From Gammaproteobacteria bacterium (GTDB lineage: Bacteria; Pseudomonadota; Gammaproteobacteria; Eutrophobiales; Eutrophobiaceae): a stretch of 64,000 nucleotides of DNA. The position numbers and the translations under genes are program-made. The notes beneath the pieces are model-generated. The model ran no database searches. It was not told the DNA's origin and saw only the letters and a program-made list of their open reading frames with translations. This document shows positions 9,401 to 24,400 of the stretch, piece by piece (positions within the stretch are counted from its first letter, which is position 1; every line of letters starts with the position of its first letter). The DNA lies in NCBI GenBank assembly GCA_965116495.1, contig OZ220696.1:2496001-2560000 (forward strand), in the 5' to 3' direction.

Positions 9401-12400
9401 CACCGCCACGGACAGCGGCGACGGAGTGAATGCCGCCGATGCGGACGACTACACCGCCATCGCCACGGCACAGACGGTGAACTTTGCCAAGGGCGTCGCC
9501 AGTCAGACGGTGGAGGTGCAGACCACCCAGGACGACCTGTTCGAGACGGACGAGACGTTCAAGGCGGTGTTGAGCGCCCCGGCGCTTGGGGAGAACGACC
9601 CCGGCACCGGGGTCAGCATTGAGACGGGCAAGGGCACGGCCACCGGCACGATCAAGAACGACGACACCCAGCCCTCGTTCGCCGTGGCCGATGCCAGTGC
9701 CGCGGAGGGGAACGGCATCACCTTCACGGTGACCCGTTCCGGGGCGATGGACAACGCGGTGTCGGTGAAGTGGAACACCAAGCCGGACACCGGGGCGGGG
9801 GCGGCCGCGGCCACGGACTACACGCCGGTCACAACGCCGACGACGCTGAACTTCGCCAGGGGCGCGAGCAGCCGGACCTTCACGGTCGCCACCACCGAGG
9901 ACGTGCTGGCCGAGGGCAACGAGACCTTCCTGGTGGAGCTGACCGGCGCGGTGGGCGGCACGATTACCACCGCCGAGGCCACCGGCACCATCAATGACGA
10001 TGACGCCGCCCCCACCGGCATCACGTTGTCGGTGGATGCGGACACCGGTACGATGGGAACCCAGACCTCCCTGGCCGAGGAAGGCGGCGTCAAGACGGTG
10101 CGGGTCACGGCCACCATCAACGGCGCCACGCGCTTTGCCACCGCGCAGACGGTTACGGTAACGGTGGGCAAGAACGGCGACTCCGCCACGGAAGGCACGG
10201 ACTATTCCAACGTAGCGGCGCAGAGCATCGAAATCCCCATCGGCGCGGCCAGCGCCTACGTGGAATTCCCGCTCACGCCCACCACCGACGTGTTGTCCGA
10301 GGGAAGCGAGACCATCAGCGTGGACGGCACGCTCACCGGCGTCACGTTCACAAACTCCGCCATCACCATCACGGACGACGACGACGCGCCCAGCGCCATC
10401 ACCTTGTCGGTGGATGCGGACACCGCCACGATGGGAACCCAGACCTCCCTGGCCGAGGAAGGCGGCGTCAAGACGGTGCGGGTTACGGCCACCATCGACG
10501 GCGCCACGCGCTTTGCCACCGCGCAGACGGTTACGGTAACGGTGGGCAAGGACGGCGACTCCGCGACGGCGGGCACGGACTACGCCACGGTGGACGAGCA
10601 GAGCATCGAAATCCCCATCGGAGACGCCAGCGCCTCCGTGGAATTCATGCTCACGCCCACCACCGACGTGCTGTTCGAGGGCAGCGAGACCATAAGCCTG
10701 GACGGCACGCTCACCGGCGTCGCGTTCACCAATACCGCCATCACCATCACGGACGACGACGCGGCGCCCAGCGCGATTACGTTGTCGGTGGACACCAACG
10801 CCGGAGGGGACGGCACGCCGACCACTTTGGCCGAGGGCGCCACGGCCACCACGGTGCGAGTCACCGCAACCATCACCAGCGCCACGCGCTTTGCCACCGA
10901 GCAAACGGTCAAGGTAAAGGTGGGCAAGGACGGCGACTCCGCCACGGAAGGCACGGACTACGCGCTGGTGGCGGACCAGAACATCAAGATCCCCGCGGGC
11001 GCGGCAAGCGCCTATGTGGACTTTCCCCTCACACCCACGCACGACATCCTCGACGAGCCGGATGAGACCATCAGCGTGGACGGCGAGCTGACCGGCGTTA
11101 CGTTTACCGCGGCCACCATCACTATCAACGACGATGACGATGCGCCGGAATTCATTACCCTGGCCGTGGACACCAACGCCGGCGGGAACGGCACGCCGAC
11201 CAGTGTGGGCGAGGAAGCCGGGGCCACCACGGTGCGGGTCACCGCCACCATCACCAGCGCCACGCGCTTTTCGGCCAACCAGCCGGTCACATTCGAAGTG
11301 GGCAAGTCGGCGGACTCCGCCACGGAAGACACGGACTACACCGAGGTCGGCACCCTCACCATCACGATTGACGGGGGTGACGCCAGTGGTTACGTGGACT
11401 TTACCCTCACGCCCACCTCCGATGTGCTCGACGAGCCGAACGAGACCATCAGCGTGCATGGCACGCAAGCCGACATCACGTTTACCGACGCCACCATCAC
11501 CATCACCGACGATGACGCGGCCCCCAGCGGCATCACGCTCAGCGTGGACACCAACGGGTCGACCGCGGGCACGCCGAGCACGGTGGCCGAGGACGCCGGG
11601 GCCACGGTGGTGACGGTCACGGCCACGGTGAACGGCACGACCCGTTACGTGGACGCCAAGACCGTGGTGGTCAGCGTGGCGGACGACACCGCGGCATCAC
11701 CCGCCGACTATGCGGCGGTGACCGACTTCAACATCACCATCGCCGCGGGCGCGGCCAGCCACACCGGCAGCTTCACCGTGACGCCGGTGGACGACGATTT
11801 GGACGAGTCCGACGAGATGATTGACGTCACAGGTACGCTCACCGGCATCACGATCACCCCCGCGACGGTAACGCTTACCGACACCGACGCCCCGGTGAGC
11901 TTCTCGATTGCCGATGCCGAGGCTACCGAGGGCGGCAAGGTCACCTTCACGGTGAGCCGCAAAGGGGCCGAAGACAACGTGGCGGAGGTGAAGGTGGCGA
12001 CTGCGGCGGATTCGGGCGAGGACGTCAATGCCGCCGATGCGGACGACTACACCGCCATCACCACGGCGCAGACATTGAACTTTGCCAAGGACGTTACCAG
12101 CCAGACGGTGGAGGTGCAGACCACGCAGGACGACCTGTTCGAGCCGGACGAGACGTTCCGGGCGGTGCTGAGCGCCCCGGCGCTTGGGGAGGACGACCCC
12201 GGCACCGGGGTGAGCATTGAGACGGGCAAGGGCACGGCCACCGGCACGATCAAGAACGACGACACCGAGCCGTCGTTCGCCGTGGCCGATGCCAGCGCGT
12301 CGGAGGGCGATGCCATCACCTTCACGGTGACCCGCAGCGGGGCCATGGACAACGCGGTGTCGGTGAAGTGGAACACCAAGGCGGACTCCAGCGCTGATGC

Positions 12401-15400
12401 GAACGCGGCATTTGCCAGCGACTACACCCCAGTAACGACGGCGCAGACGCTGACCTTCGCCAAGGGCGTGGGCCGCCAGACCTTCGCGGTCGCCACCACC
12501 GAGGACACCCTGCACGAGGGCGCCGAGACCTTCCTGGTGGAGCTGACCGGCGCGGTGGGCGGCACGATTGCCACCGCCGAGGCCACCGGCACCATCACCG
12601 ACGATGACGCGGCGCCCAGCGGCATCACGCTGACAGTGGCGCCGGCCACGGTCGGCGAGGAGGACGGTAAGACCAAAATCACGGTGACCGCCACGGTGAA
12701 CGGCACGACCCGTTACGTGGACGCCAAGACCGTGACGGTGAGCGTGGGCGGCGGCACGACCATTTCGGGCACCGACTACGGCGCGGTGGAGAACTTCGAC
12801 ATCGCCATCGCCGCGGGCGACACCAGCAAAGCGGGCACCTTCGACCTGACGCCCACCGACGATGACCTGCACGAGGGCAACGAGACGATTGACGTTACCG
12901 GTACCTCGGGCGCACTCACCATCACCAAGGCTTCGATCACCCTTGAAGACGACGACGTTCAACCCTCGTTTGCGGTGGCCGACGCGAGCGCGGCGGAGGG
13001 TGATGCGATCACCTTTACGGTCACTCGGTCCGGCGCCATGGACAACGCGGTGTCGGTGAAGTGGAACACCAAGGCGGACTCCAGCGATGGGGCGAACGCG
13101 GCATCAGCCACCGACTACACCGAGATGACCACGGCGACGAAGCTGGATTTCGCCAAGGGCGTGAGCAGCCAGAGCTTCACCGTCGCCACCACCGAGGACA
13201 CGCTGAACGAGGCCGACGAGACCTTCCTGATAGAACTGACCGAGCCGGTTGGCGCCACGATTACCGACGCCGAGGCCACCGGCACCATCACCAACGACGA
13301 CGCGGCCCCGACCACCCTCACGCTCGCCGTCGATGCCGACAACGACACCGAGAACGTTCAGTCCTCGCTCGCCGAGAACGGCGGCGCGAAGACCGTCAAG
13401 GTCACCGCCACGCTCGGCGGCTCGACCCAGTTCGACGTTGACAAGACCTTGACGCTGATCGTCGGCGACGACGATGACAGCGCCACCGAAGGCACGGACT
13501 ACACGAACGTCGCCGACGTCACCCTCACCATCCCCGCCGGCGACCAGGACGTTGAGCACACTTTCACCCTCACGCCCACCGACGACGCCTTCAACGAGGC
13601 GAGCGAGACCATCTCCTTCGACGCCACTCTCGCCAGCGTCATGGTTACCGGCGCCAGTATCACGCTGACCAGCGACGACGCCGCACCGGCGATCACGCTC
13701 ACTGTCGATGCCGACAAGGACACCGACAACGTGCAGACATCCCTCGCCGAGGACGGCGGCATGAAGACCGTGCGGGTGACCGCGGCGCTCGACGGCACCA
13801 CCCGCCTCGAAGCCGCCGCGGATCTCACGCTGGCCGTCGGCAAGAGCAGCGACAGCGCGGTGGAAGGCACCGACTACACCACCGTCGCCGACCGGACCAT
13901 CACCATCGGCGCCGGAGTCGCCAGCGTCACAGACGATTTCACGCTCACACCCACCGATGACGACTTGTATGAAGGCAGCGAAACGATCAGCCTGGACGGG
14001 ACGCTGACCGGCGTGGCGGTGACGGACACTTCGATTACGCTCACCGACGACGACACCCAGCCGTCGTTTGCGGTGGCCGATGCGAGTGCGGCGGAGGGCG
14101 ACGCCATTACCTTCACGGTGACCCGCAGCGGTGCGATGGACAATGTGGTGTCGGTGAAGTGGAACACCAAGGCGGCGACCGGAGCAGGCGCGGCGGCTAC
14201 CACCGACTACACCGCGATGACCGCGGCGACGAAGCTGGATTTCGCCAAGGGCGTGGGCACTCAGACCTTCGCGGTCGCCACCACCGAGGATGTGCTGGAC
14301 GAGGGCAACGAGACCTTCCTGGTGGAGCTGACCGAGCCGGTCGGCGCCATCATCAGTGATGCCGAGGCCACCGGCACCATCAATGACGATGACGCGGCCC
14401 CCAGCGGCATCACGCTCAGCGTGGACACCAACGGCGCCGAGGACGGCACGCCGAGCACGGTGGCCGAGGACGCCGGGGCCACGGTGGTCACGGTGACGGC
14501 CACGGTGAACGGCACCACGCGCTACGTGGACGCCAAGACCGTGGCGGTGAGCGTGGATGACGGCACAGCCGCCTCCCCGGCGGACTATGCCGAGGTGAGC
14601 GGCTTCAACATCACCATCGCCGCGGGCGCGGCCAGCCACACCGGCAGCTTCACCGTGACGCCGGTGGACGACGACCTCGACGAGCCCAACGAGACGATTG
14701 GCGTCACAGGCACGCTGACGGACGTCACGATTACCGGCGCCACGGTCACCCTCACCGACACCGACGCCCCGGTGAGTTTCTCGATTGCCGATGCCGAGGC
14801 CACCGAGGGCGGCAAGGTCACCTTCACGGTGAGCCGCAAAGGGGCCGGTGACAACGTAGCGTCGGTGAAGGTTGCAACCGCGGCGGACTCGGGTGACGGC
14901 GTTAAAGCCGCCGATGCGGACGACTACACCGCCATCACCACGGCGCAGACGTTGAACTTTGCCGCCGGGACCACCAGCCAGACGGTGGAGGTGCAGACCA
15001 CCCAGGACGACCTATTCGAGACGGACGAGACGTTCCGGGCGGTCCTGAGCGCCCCGGCGCTGGCCGATGGGGACCCCGGCACCGGGGTAACCATCGAGAC
15101 AGGCAAGGGCACGGCCACCGGCACCATCAAGAACGACGACACCGAGCCGTCGTTCGCCGTGGCCGACGCGAGCGCATCGGAGGGCGATGCCATCACCTTC
15201 ACGGTGACCCGCAGCGGCGCGATGGACAACGCGGTGTCGGTGAAGTGGAACACCAAGGCGGACTCCAGCGAGGGGGCGAACGCGGCCTCGGCCAGCGACT
15301 ACACCGCGGTGACGATGGCGACGACACTGACCTTCGCCAAGGGCGTGGGCCGCCAGACCTTCGCGGTCGCCACCACCGAGGATGTGCTGGACGAGGGCGC

Positions 15401-18400
15401 CGAGACCTTCCTGGTGGAGCTGACCGGGGCGGTCGGCGCCACGATTGCCACCGCCGAGGCCACCGGCACCATCACCGACGATGACGCGGCCCCCAGCGGC
15501 ATCACGTTGAGCGTGGACACCAACGGCGCCGAGGACGGCACGCCGAGCACGGTGGCGGAGGACGCCGGGGCCACGGTGGTCACGGTCACGGCCACGGTGA
15601 ACGGCACGACGCGCTACGTGGACGCCAAGACCGTGGTGGTCAGCGTGGATGACGACACCGCGGCAGCGCCCGCCGACTATGCCGCGGTGACCGACTTCAA
15701 CATCACCATCGCCGCGGGCGCCGCCAGCCAGACCGGCAGCTTCACCGTGACGCCGGTGGACGACGATTTGGACGAGTCCGACGAGATGATTGACGTCACA
15801 GGCACGCTGACGGACGTCACGATTACCGGCGCCACGGTCACCCTCACCGACACCGACGCCCCGGTGAGCTTCTCGATTGCCGATGCGGAAGCTACCGAGG
15901 GCGGTAAGGTCACCTTTACGGTGAGCCGCGGCGGGGCTGAAGACAACGTGGCGTCGGTGAAGGTTGCAACCGCGGCGGACTCGGGTGACGGCGTTAAAGC
16001 CGCGGGCACGGACGATTACACCGCCATTTCCCCGGCGCAGACGTTGAACTTTGCCAAGGGCGTTACCAGCCAGACGGTGGAGGTGCAGACCACCCAGGAC
16101 GACCTGTTCGAGCCGGACGAGACGTTCCGGGCGGTCCTGAGCGCCCCGGCCCTGGCGGAGAACGACCCCGGCACCGGGGTAACCATCGAGACGGGCAAGG
16201 GCACGGCCGTCGGCACCATCAAGAACGACGACACCGAGCCGTCGTTCGCCGTGGCCGATGCCAGCGCGTCGGAGGGCGATGCCATCACCTTCACGGTGAC
16301 CCGCAGCGGGGCCATGGACAACGCGGTGTCGGTGAAGTGGAACACCAAGGCGGACTCCAGCGCTGATGCGAACGCGGCATTTGCCAGCGACTACACCCCA
16401 GTAACGACGGCGCAGACGCTGACCTTCGCCAAGGGCGTGGGCCGCCAGACCTTCGCGGTCGCCACCACCGAGGACACCCTGCACGAGGGCAACGAGACCT
16501 TCCTGGTGGAGCTGACCGGCGCGGTCGGCGCCACGATTGCCACGGCCCAGGCCACCGGCACCATCAATGACGACGATGCCGCCCCCACCGGCATCACGTT
16601 GACGGTGTCGCCGACCACGGTCGGGGAGGAGGACGGCGAGACCGAGATCACGGTGACCGCCACGGTGAACGGCACGACGCGTTACGTGGACGCGAAGACG
16701 GTGACAGTGAGCGTCGGCGGCGGCACGGCGACATCGGACACGGACTACGATGCCGTGGCGAACTTCGACATCGTCATCGCCGCGGGCGATGCAAGCAAAG
16801 CGGGCACCTTCGACCTGACGCCGACGCAGGACGATCTGCACGAGGGCAGCGAGACGATCAACCTGGACGGGACGGTGACGGGCGTGACGGTGACGGACGT
16901 ATCGCTCACGCTGACCGACGACGACGGCCAGCCCTCGTTTGCGGTGGCCGACGCGAGCGCGTCGGAGGGCGATGTGATCACCTTTACGGTGACCCGTTCC
17001 GGCGCCATGGACAACGCGGTGTCGGTGAAGTGGAACACCAAGGCGGACTCCAGCGATGGGGCGAACGCGGCATCAGCCACCGACTACACCGAGATGACCA
17101 CGGCGACGAAGCTGGATTTCGCCAGCGGCGCGAGCAGCCAGACCTTCACGGTCGCCACCACCGAGGACACGCTGAACGAGGCCGACGAGACCTTCCTGAT
17201 AGAGCTGACCGAGCCGGTTGGCGCCACGATTACCGACGCCGAGGCCACCGGCACCATCACCAACGACGACGCGGCCCCCACCACCCTCACGCTCGCCGTC
17301 GATGCCGACAACGACACCGAGAATGTTCAGTCCTCGCTCGCCGAGAACGGCGGCGCGAAGACCGTCAAGGTCACCGCCACGCTCGGCGGCTCGACCCAGT
17401 TCGACGTTGACAAGACCTTGACGCTGATCGTCGGCGACGACGATGACAGCGCCACCGAAGGCACGGACTACACGAACGTCGCCGACGTCACCCTCACCAT
17501 CCCCGCCGGCGACCAGGACGTTGAGCACACTTTCACCCTCACGCCCACCGACGACGCCTTCAACGAGGCGAGCGAGACCATCTCCTTCGACGCCACTCTC
17601 GCCAGCGTCATGGTTACCGGCGCCAGTATCACGCTGACCAGCGACGACGCCGCACCGGCGATCACGCTCACTGTCGATGCCGACAAGGACACCGACAACG
17701 TGCAGACATCCCTCGCCGAGGACGGCGGCATGAAGACCGTGCGGGTGACCGCGGCGCTCGACGGCACCACCCGCCTCGAAGCCGCCGCGGATCTCACGCT
17801 GGCCGTCGGCAAGAGCAGCGACAGCGCGGTGGAAGGCACCGACTACACCACCGTCGCCGACCGGACCATCACCATCGGCGCCGGAGTCGCCAGCGTCATA
17901 CACGATTTCACACTCACGCCTACCAACGACGACATAGACGAGCCCAATGAGGGCATCAGTATTGAAGGCACGCTGACCGGCGTCACTGTCACCGGGACGG
18001 CCATCACTCTCACCGACGACGAGGTCACGCCCACGGTCACCCTGGCGTTGACGCCAACCGCCATTGACGAGTCCGGCGACGACAATGCGACCACGGTGAC
18101 CGCAACCCTGAGCGGCGCATCGAGCCAGGCGGTGACCCTGACCGTCGCGGCTACGGCCGTGTCGCCGGCGGCCGCGGGCGACTTCACCCTCAGCGGCACG
18201 ACCCTGACGATTGCGGCGGGTGTGACCACCAGCACGGGCACGGTGACCATCACGGCGGTGGACAACGATGTGGATGCGGCCAACAAGACCGTCACCGTCT
18301 CGGCCACTGCGACCGGCGGCAACGGCATCGCCAGCCCGGGCAACGCGACGCTGACGATTACCGACGACGATGAGCGCGGCGTGACGGTGGCGGGCGACCC

Positions 18401-21400
18401 CTTGAGCATGGACGAGGCGGATAACGCGGGGACAGCGGGCACCCGCGAGGACCAGGACAGTTACACGGTGGTGCTGGACAGCGAGCCGACCGACGACGTA
18501 CGCATTGACCTCACTGCGCCGGCCATGGTGACGCTGAGCGCAACAAGCCTCACCTTCACCCCGTCGAACTGGGACCAGGCGCAGACGGTGACGGCGACGG
18601 CGGTGGACGACGCCATCGACAATGCCGGCGATGCGCGCGCCGGCAACATCGAGCACGCGGTGGTGGCGGGCTCGTCGGACTACACCGGCGTCGCGGCGGC
18701 GGACGTGGCGGTGACCGTGAACGACAATGACGGCACGCCGACGGTCACCCTGGCGTTGACGCCAACCGCCATTGACGAGTCCGGCGACGACAATGCGACC
18801 ACGGTGACCGCAACCCTGAGCGGCGCATCGAGCCAGGCGGTGACCCTGACCGTCGCGGCTACGGCCGTGTCGCCGGCGGCCGCGGGCGACTTCACCCTCA
18901 GCGGCACGACCCTGACGATTGCGGCGGGTGTGACCACCAGCACGGGCACGGTGACCATCACGGCGGTGGACAACGATGTGGATGCGGCCAACAAGACCGT
19001 CACCGTCTCGGCCACTGCGACCGGCGGCAACGGCATCGCCAGCCCGGGCAACGCGACGCTGACGATTACCGACGACGATGAGCGCGGCGTGACGGTGGCG
19101 GGCGACCCCTTGAGCATGGACGAGGCGGATAACGCGGGGACAGCGGGCACCCGCGAGGACCAGGACAGTTACACGGTGGTGCTGGACAGCGAGCCGACCG
19201 ACGACGTACGCATTGACCTCACTGCGCCGGCCATGGTGACGCTGAGCGCAACAAGCCTCACCTTCACCCCGTCGAACTGGGACCAGGCGCAGACGGTGAC
19301 GGCGACGGCGGTGGACGACGCCATCGACAATGCCGGCGATGCGCGCGCCGGCAACATCGAGCACGCGGTGGTGGCGGGCTCGTCGGACTACACCGGCGTC
19401 GCGGCGGCGGACGTGGCGGTGACCGTGAACGACAATGACGGCACGCCGACGGTGAGGCTGGCGTTGACGCCAACCGCCATTGACGAGTCCGGCGACGACA
19501 ATGCGACCACGGTGACCGCAACCCTGAGCGGCGCATCGAGCCAGGCGGTGACCCTGACCGTCGCGGCTACGGCCGTGTCGCCGGCGGCCGCGGGCGACTT
19601 CACCCTCAGCGGCACGACCCTGACGATTGCGGCGGGTGTGACCACCAGCACGGGCACGGTGACCATCACGGCGGTGGACAACGATGTGGATGCGGCCAAC
19701 AAGACCGTCACCGTCTCGGCCACTGCGACCGGCGGCAACGGCATCGCCAGCCCGGGCAACGCGACGCTGACGATTACCGACGACGATGAGCGCGGCGTGA
19801 CGGTGGCGGGCGACCCCTTGAGCATGGACGAGGCGGATAACGCGGGGACAGCGGGCACCCGCGAGGACCAGGACAGTTACACGGTGGTGCTGGACAGCGA
19901 GCCGACCGACGACGTACGCATTGACCTCACTGCGCCGGCCATGGTGACGCTGAGCGCAACAAGCCTCACCTTCACCCCGTCGAACTGGGACCAGGCGCAG
20001 ACGGTGACGGCGACGGCGGTGGACGACGCCATCGACAATGCCGGCGATGCGCGCGCCGGCAACATCGAGCACGCGGTGGTGGCGGGCTCGTCGGACTACA
20101 CCGGCGTCGCGGCGGCGGACGTGGCGGTGACCGTGAACGACAATGACGGCACGCCGACGGTGAGGCTGGCGTTGACGCCAACCGCCATTGACGAGTCCGG
20201 CGACGACAATGCGACCACGGTGACCGCAACCCTGAGCGGCGCATCGAGCCAGGCGGTGACCCTGACCGTCGCGGCTACGGCCGTGTCGCCGGCGGCCGCG
20301 GGCGACTTCACCCTCAGCGGCACGACCCTGACGATTGCGGCGGGTGTGACCACCAGCACGGGCACGGTGACCATCACGGCGGTGGACAACGATGTGGATG
20401 CGGCCAACAAGACCGTCACCGTCTCGGCCACTGCGACCGGCGGCAACGGCATCGCCAGCCCGGGCAACGCGACGCTGACGATTACCGACGACGATGAGCG
20501 CGGCGTGACGGTGGCGGGCGACCCCTTGAGCATGGACGAGGCGGATAACGCGGGGACAGCGGGCACCCGCGAGGACCAGGACAGTTACACGGTGGTGCTG
20601 GACAGCGAGCCGACCGACGACGTACGCATTGACCTCACTGCGCCGGCCATGGTGACGCTGAGCGCAACAAGCCTCACCTTCACCCCGTCGAACTGGGACC
20701 AGGCGCAGACGGTGACGGCGACGGCGGTGGACGACGCCATCGACAATGCCGGCGATGCGCGCGCCGGCAACATCGAGCACGCGGTGGTGGCGGGCTCGTC
20801 GGACTACACCGGCGTCGCGGCGGCGGACGTGGCGGTGACCGTGAACGACAATGACGGCACGCCGACGGTCACCCTGGCGTTGACGCCAACCGCCATTGAC
20901 GAGTCCGGCGACGACAATGCGACCACGGTGACCGCAACCCTGAGCGGCGCATCGAGCCAGGCGGTGACCCTGACCGTCGCGGCTACGGCCGTGTCGCCGG
21001 CGGCCGCGGGCGACTTCACCCTCAGCGGCACGACCCTGACGATTGCGGCGGGTGTGACCACCAGCACGGGCACGGTGACCATCACGGCGGTGGACAACGA
21101 TGTGGATGCGGCCAACAAGACCGTCACCGTCTCGGCCACTGCGACCGGCGGCAACGGCATCGCCAGCCCGGGCAACGCGACGCTGACGATTACCGACGAC
21201 GATGAGCGCGGCGTGACGGTGGCGGGCGACCCCTTGAGCATGGACGAGGCGGATAACGCGGGGACAGCGGGCACCCGCGAGGACCAGGACAGTTACACGG
21301 TGGTGCTGGACAGCGAGCCGACCGACGACGTACGCATTGACCTCACTGCGCCGGCCATGGTGACGCTGAGCGCAACAAGCCTCACCTTCACCCCGTCGAA

Positions 21401-24400
21401 CTGGGACCAGGCGCAGACGGTGACGGCGACGGCGGTGGACGACGCCATCGACAATGCCGGCGATGCGCGCGCCGGCAACATCGAGCACGCGGTGGTGGCG
21501 GGCTCGTCGGACTACACCGGCGTCGCGGCGGCGGACGTGGCGGTGACCGTGAACGACAATGACGGCACGCCGACGGTCACCCTGGCGTTGACGCCAACCG
21601 CCATTGACGAGTCCGGCGACGACAATGCGACCACGGTGACCGCAACCCTGAGCGGCGCATCGAGCCAGGCGGTGACCCTGACCGTCGCGGCTACGGCCGT
21701 GTCGCCGGCGGCCGCGGGCGACTTCACCCTCAGCGGCACGACCCTGACGATTGCGGCGGGTGTGACCACCAGCACGGGCACGGTGACCATCACGGCGGTG
21801 GACAACGATGTGGATGCGGCCAACAAGACGGTGACGGTCTCGGCCACCGCCAGCGGTGGTGGCGTCGCCAACCCGGACAATCAGACCCTGACGATCAACG
21901 ACGACGAGGGCACGCCTACGGTCACCCTGGTGTTGACGCCCACCACCATCGACGAGAGCGGGGATGACAACGCCAGCACGGTGACGGCGATGCTGTCGGG
22001 CAAGTCGAGCGCGGCGGTGACGGTGACGGTCTCGGTGCCGAACGATGCCCCGGTCACGTTGAGCAACAACGCCGCGCTGAGCATTGCGGCGGGTGCGACC
22101 ACCAGCACCGGCGCGGTGACGATTACGGCGGTGGACAACGACGTGGACGCCCCGAACAAGACGGTGACGGTCTCGGCCACCGCCAGCGGCAGGGACGTCG
22201 CCAACCCGGCCAGTCAGACCCTGACCATCACCGACGATGACGCGGCGCCCGGCGGCATCACGCTCTCGGTTTCCCCCACTGCGGTGGGCGAGGAGGACGG
22301 CGAGACCGAAATCACGGTGACCGCCACCGTGAACGGCACCACGCGTTACGCGGACGCCAAAACGGTGACGGTGAGCGTGGGCGGCGGCACGGCGATTTCG
22401 GGCACGGACTACGACGCCGTGGCGAACTTCGACATTACCATCGCCGCGGGCGATGCGAGCAAAACCGGCACCTTCGACCTGACGCCCATCAACGACGTCC
22501 TGGACGAGGCGAACGAGACGATCAACGTAACGGGCACATCCGGCAGTCTGACCATCACCTCAACCACGGTCACCATCAACGACGATGACGACGCGCCCGG
22601 CGCAATCACGATTTCGGTGGACGCGGACACCGGCACGGACGGCACGCAAACAACCATCGCGGAGAACGGTGGCGGCAAGACCGTCAGGGTTACTGCAACC
22701 ATCACCGGCGAGACGAGGTTTGTCGAAGCCAAGACGGTGACGGTGGAGGTGGGCGCGGATGCCGACAGCGCCACGGAGGGCGCGGACTACACGACAGTGG
22801 CGCGCCGGAGCATCACCATCGATGCGGGGGCCGCGAGCGGATACGTGGAGTTCACGCTGACGCCGACGCAGGATGTGCTGCACGAGGGCAACGAGACGAT
22901 CAGCCTGGACGGGACACTGACGGGCGTGACGGTGACGGATGCCACGATCACGCTGACCGACGATGACGCGGCGCCCAGCGGCATCACGTTGATGGTATCG
23001 CCGACCACGGTCGGGGAGGGGGCCGGCGAGACCGAGATCACGGTGACCGCCACGGTGAACGGCACGACGCGTTACGTGGACGCGAAGACGGTGACAGTGA
23101 GCGTCGGCGGCGGCACGGCGACATCGGACACGGACTACGATGCCGTGGCGAACTTCGACATCGTCATCGCCGCGGGCGATGCAAGCAAAGCGGGCGCCTT
23201 CGACCTGACGCCGACGCAGGACGATCTGCACGAGGGCAGCGAGACGATCAACCTGGACGGGACGGTGACGGGCGTGACGGTGACGGACACCTCGCTCACT
23301 CTGACTGACGACGACGGTCAGCCCTCGTTTGCGGTGGCCGACGCCAGCGCGTCGGAGGGCGATGTGATCACCTTTACGGTGACCCGCTCCGGGGCGATGG
23401 ACAACGCGGTGTCCGTGAAGTGGAACACCAAGGCGGACACCGGGGCGGGAGCGGCGGCCACCACCGACTACAGCGCGATGACCACGGCGACGAAGCTGGA
23501 TTTCGCCAGCGGCGCGAGCAGCCAGACCTTCACGGTCGCCACCACCGAGGACACCCTGCACGAGGGCAACGAGACCTTCCTGGTGGAGTTGACCGAGCCG
23601 GTCGGCGGCATTATCAGCGATGCCGAAGCCACCGGCACCATCACCGACGACGACGCGGCCCCCACGGCGCTGACACTGTCGGTGGACGCGGATACGGGCA
23701 CGATGGGAACCCAGACCTCCCTGGCCGAGGATGGCGGCGCCAAGACGGTGCGGGTAACGGCCACGCTGGGCGGCAGCTCGACCTTCGCCGAGGCCAAGAC
23801 GGTGACGGTGGAGGTGGGTCCGGACGCCGACGGCGCGACGGAGGGGACGGACTACACGGAGGTGACGAGCAAGAGCATCACGATCAATGCGGGCTCCTTG
23901 AGCGGCTATGTGGATTTCACGCTCACGCCTACCGACGACGATATAGACGAGCCCAACGAGGGCATCAGCATAGAAGGCACGCTGACCGGCATCACCGTCG
24001 CCGGGACATCCATCACCCTCACGGACGACGAGGGCACGCCCACGGTCACCCTGGTGTTGACGCCAAGCACCATCAACGAGAGCGGGGATGACAACGCCAG
24101 CACGGTGACGGCGACCCTTTCGGGCGAGTCCAGCGCCGCGGTGACGGTGGAGGTCTCGGTGCCTAACACTGCCCCGGTCACGTTGAGCAACAACACAACC
24201 CTGACCATCGCGGCGGGCTCGAAGGCCAGCACCGGCGCGGTGACGATTACGGCGGTGGACAATGACGTGGACGCGCCGAATGCGTCGGTCGTGGTGTCGG
24301 GCGCGGCGTCGGGCGGCGGCGTTGCCGTTGCCAACCCGGAGAATCAGACGCTCACCATCACGGACGACGAGGGCACGCCCACCGTGACCCTGGTGTTGAC

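Noticed and set aside
18033-21829. Tandem array as a CRISPR or DGR-like template/variable repeat system
   Set aside because: The units are 708-bp in-frame coding repeats with no spacers and no adenine-specific variation. There is no cas or reverse transcriptase gene in the window.
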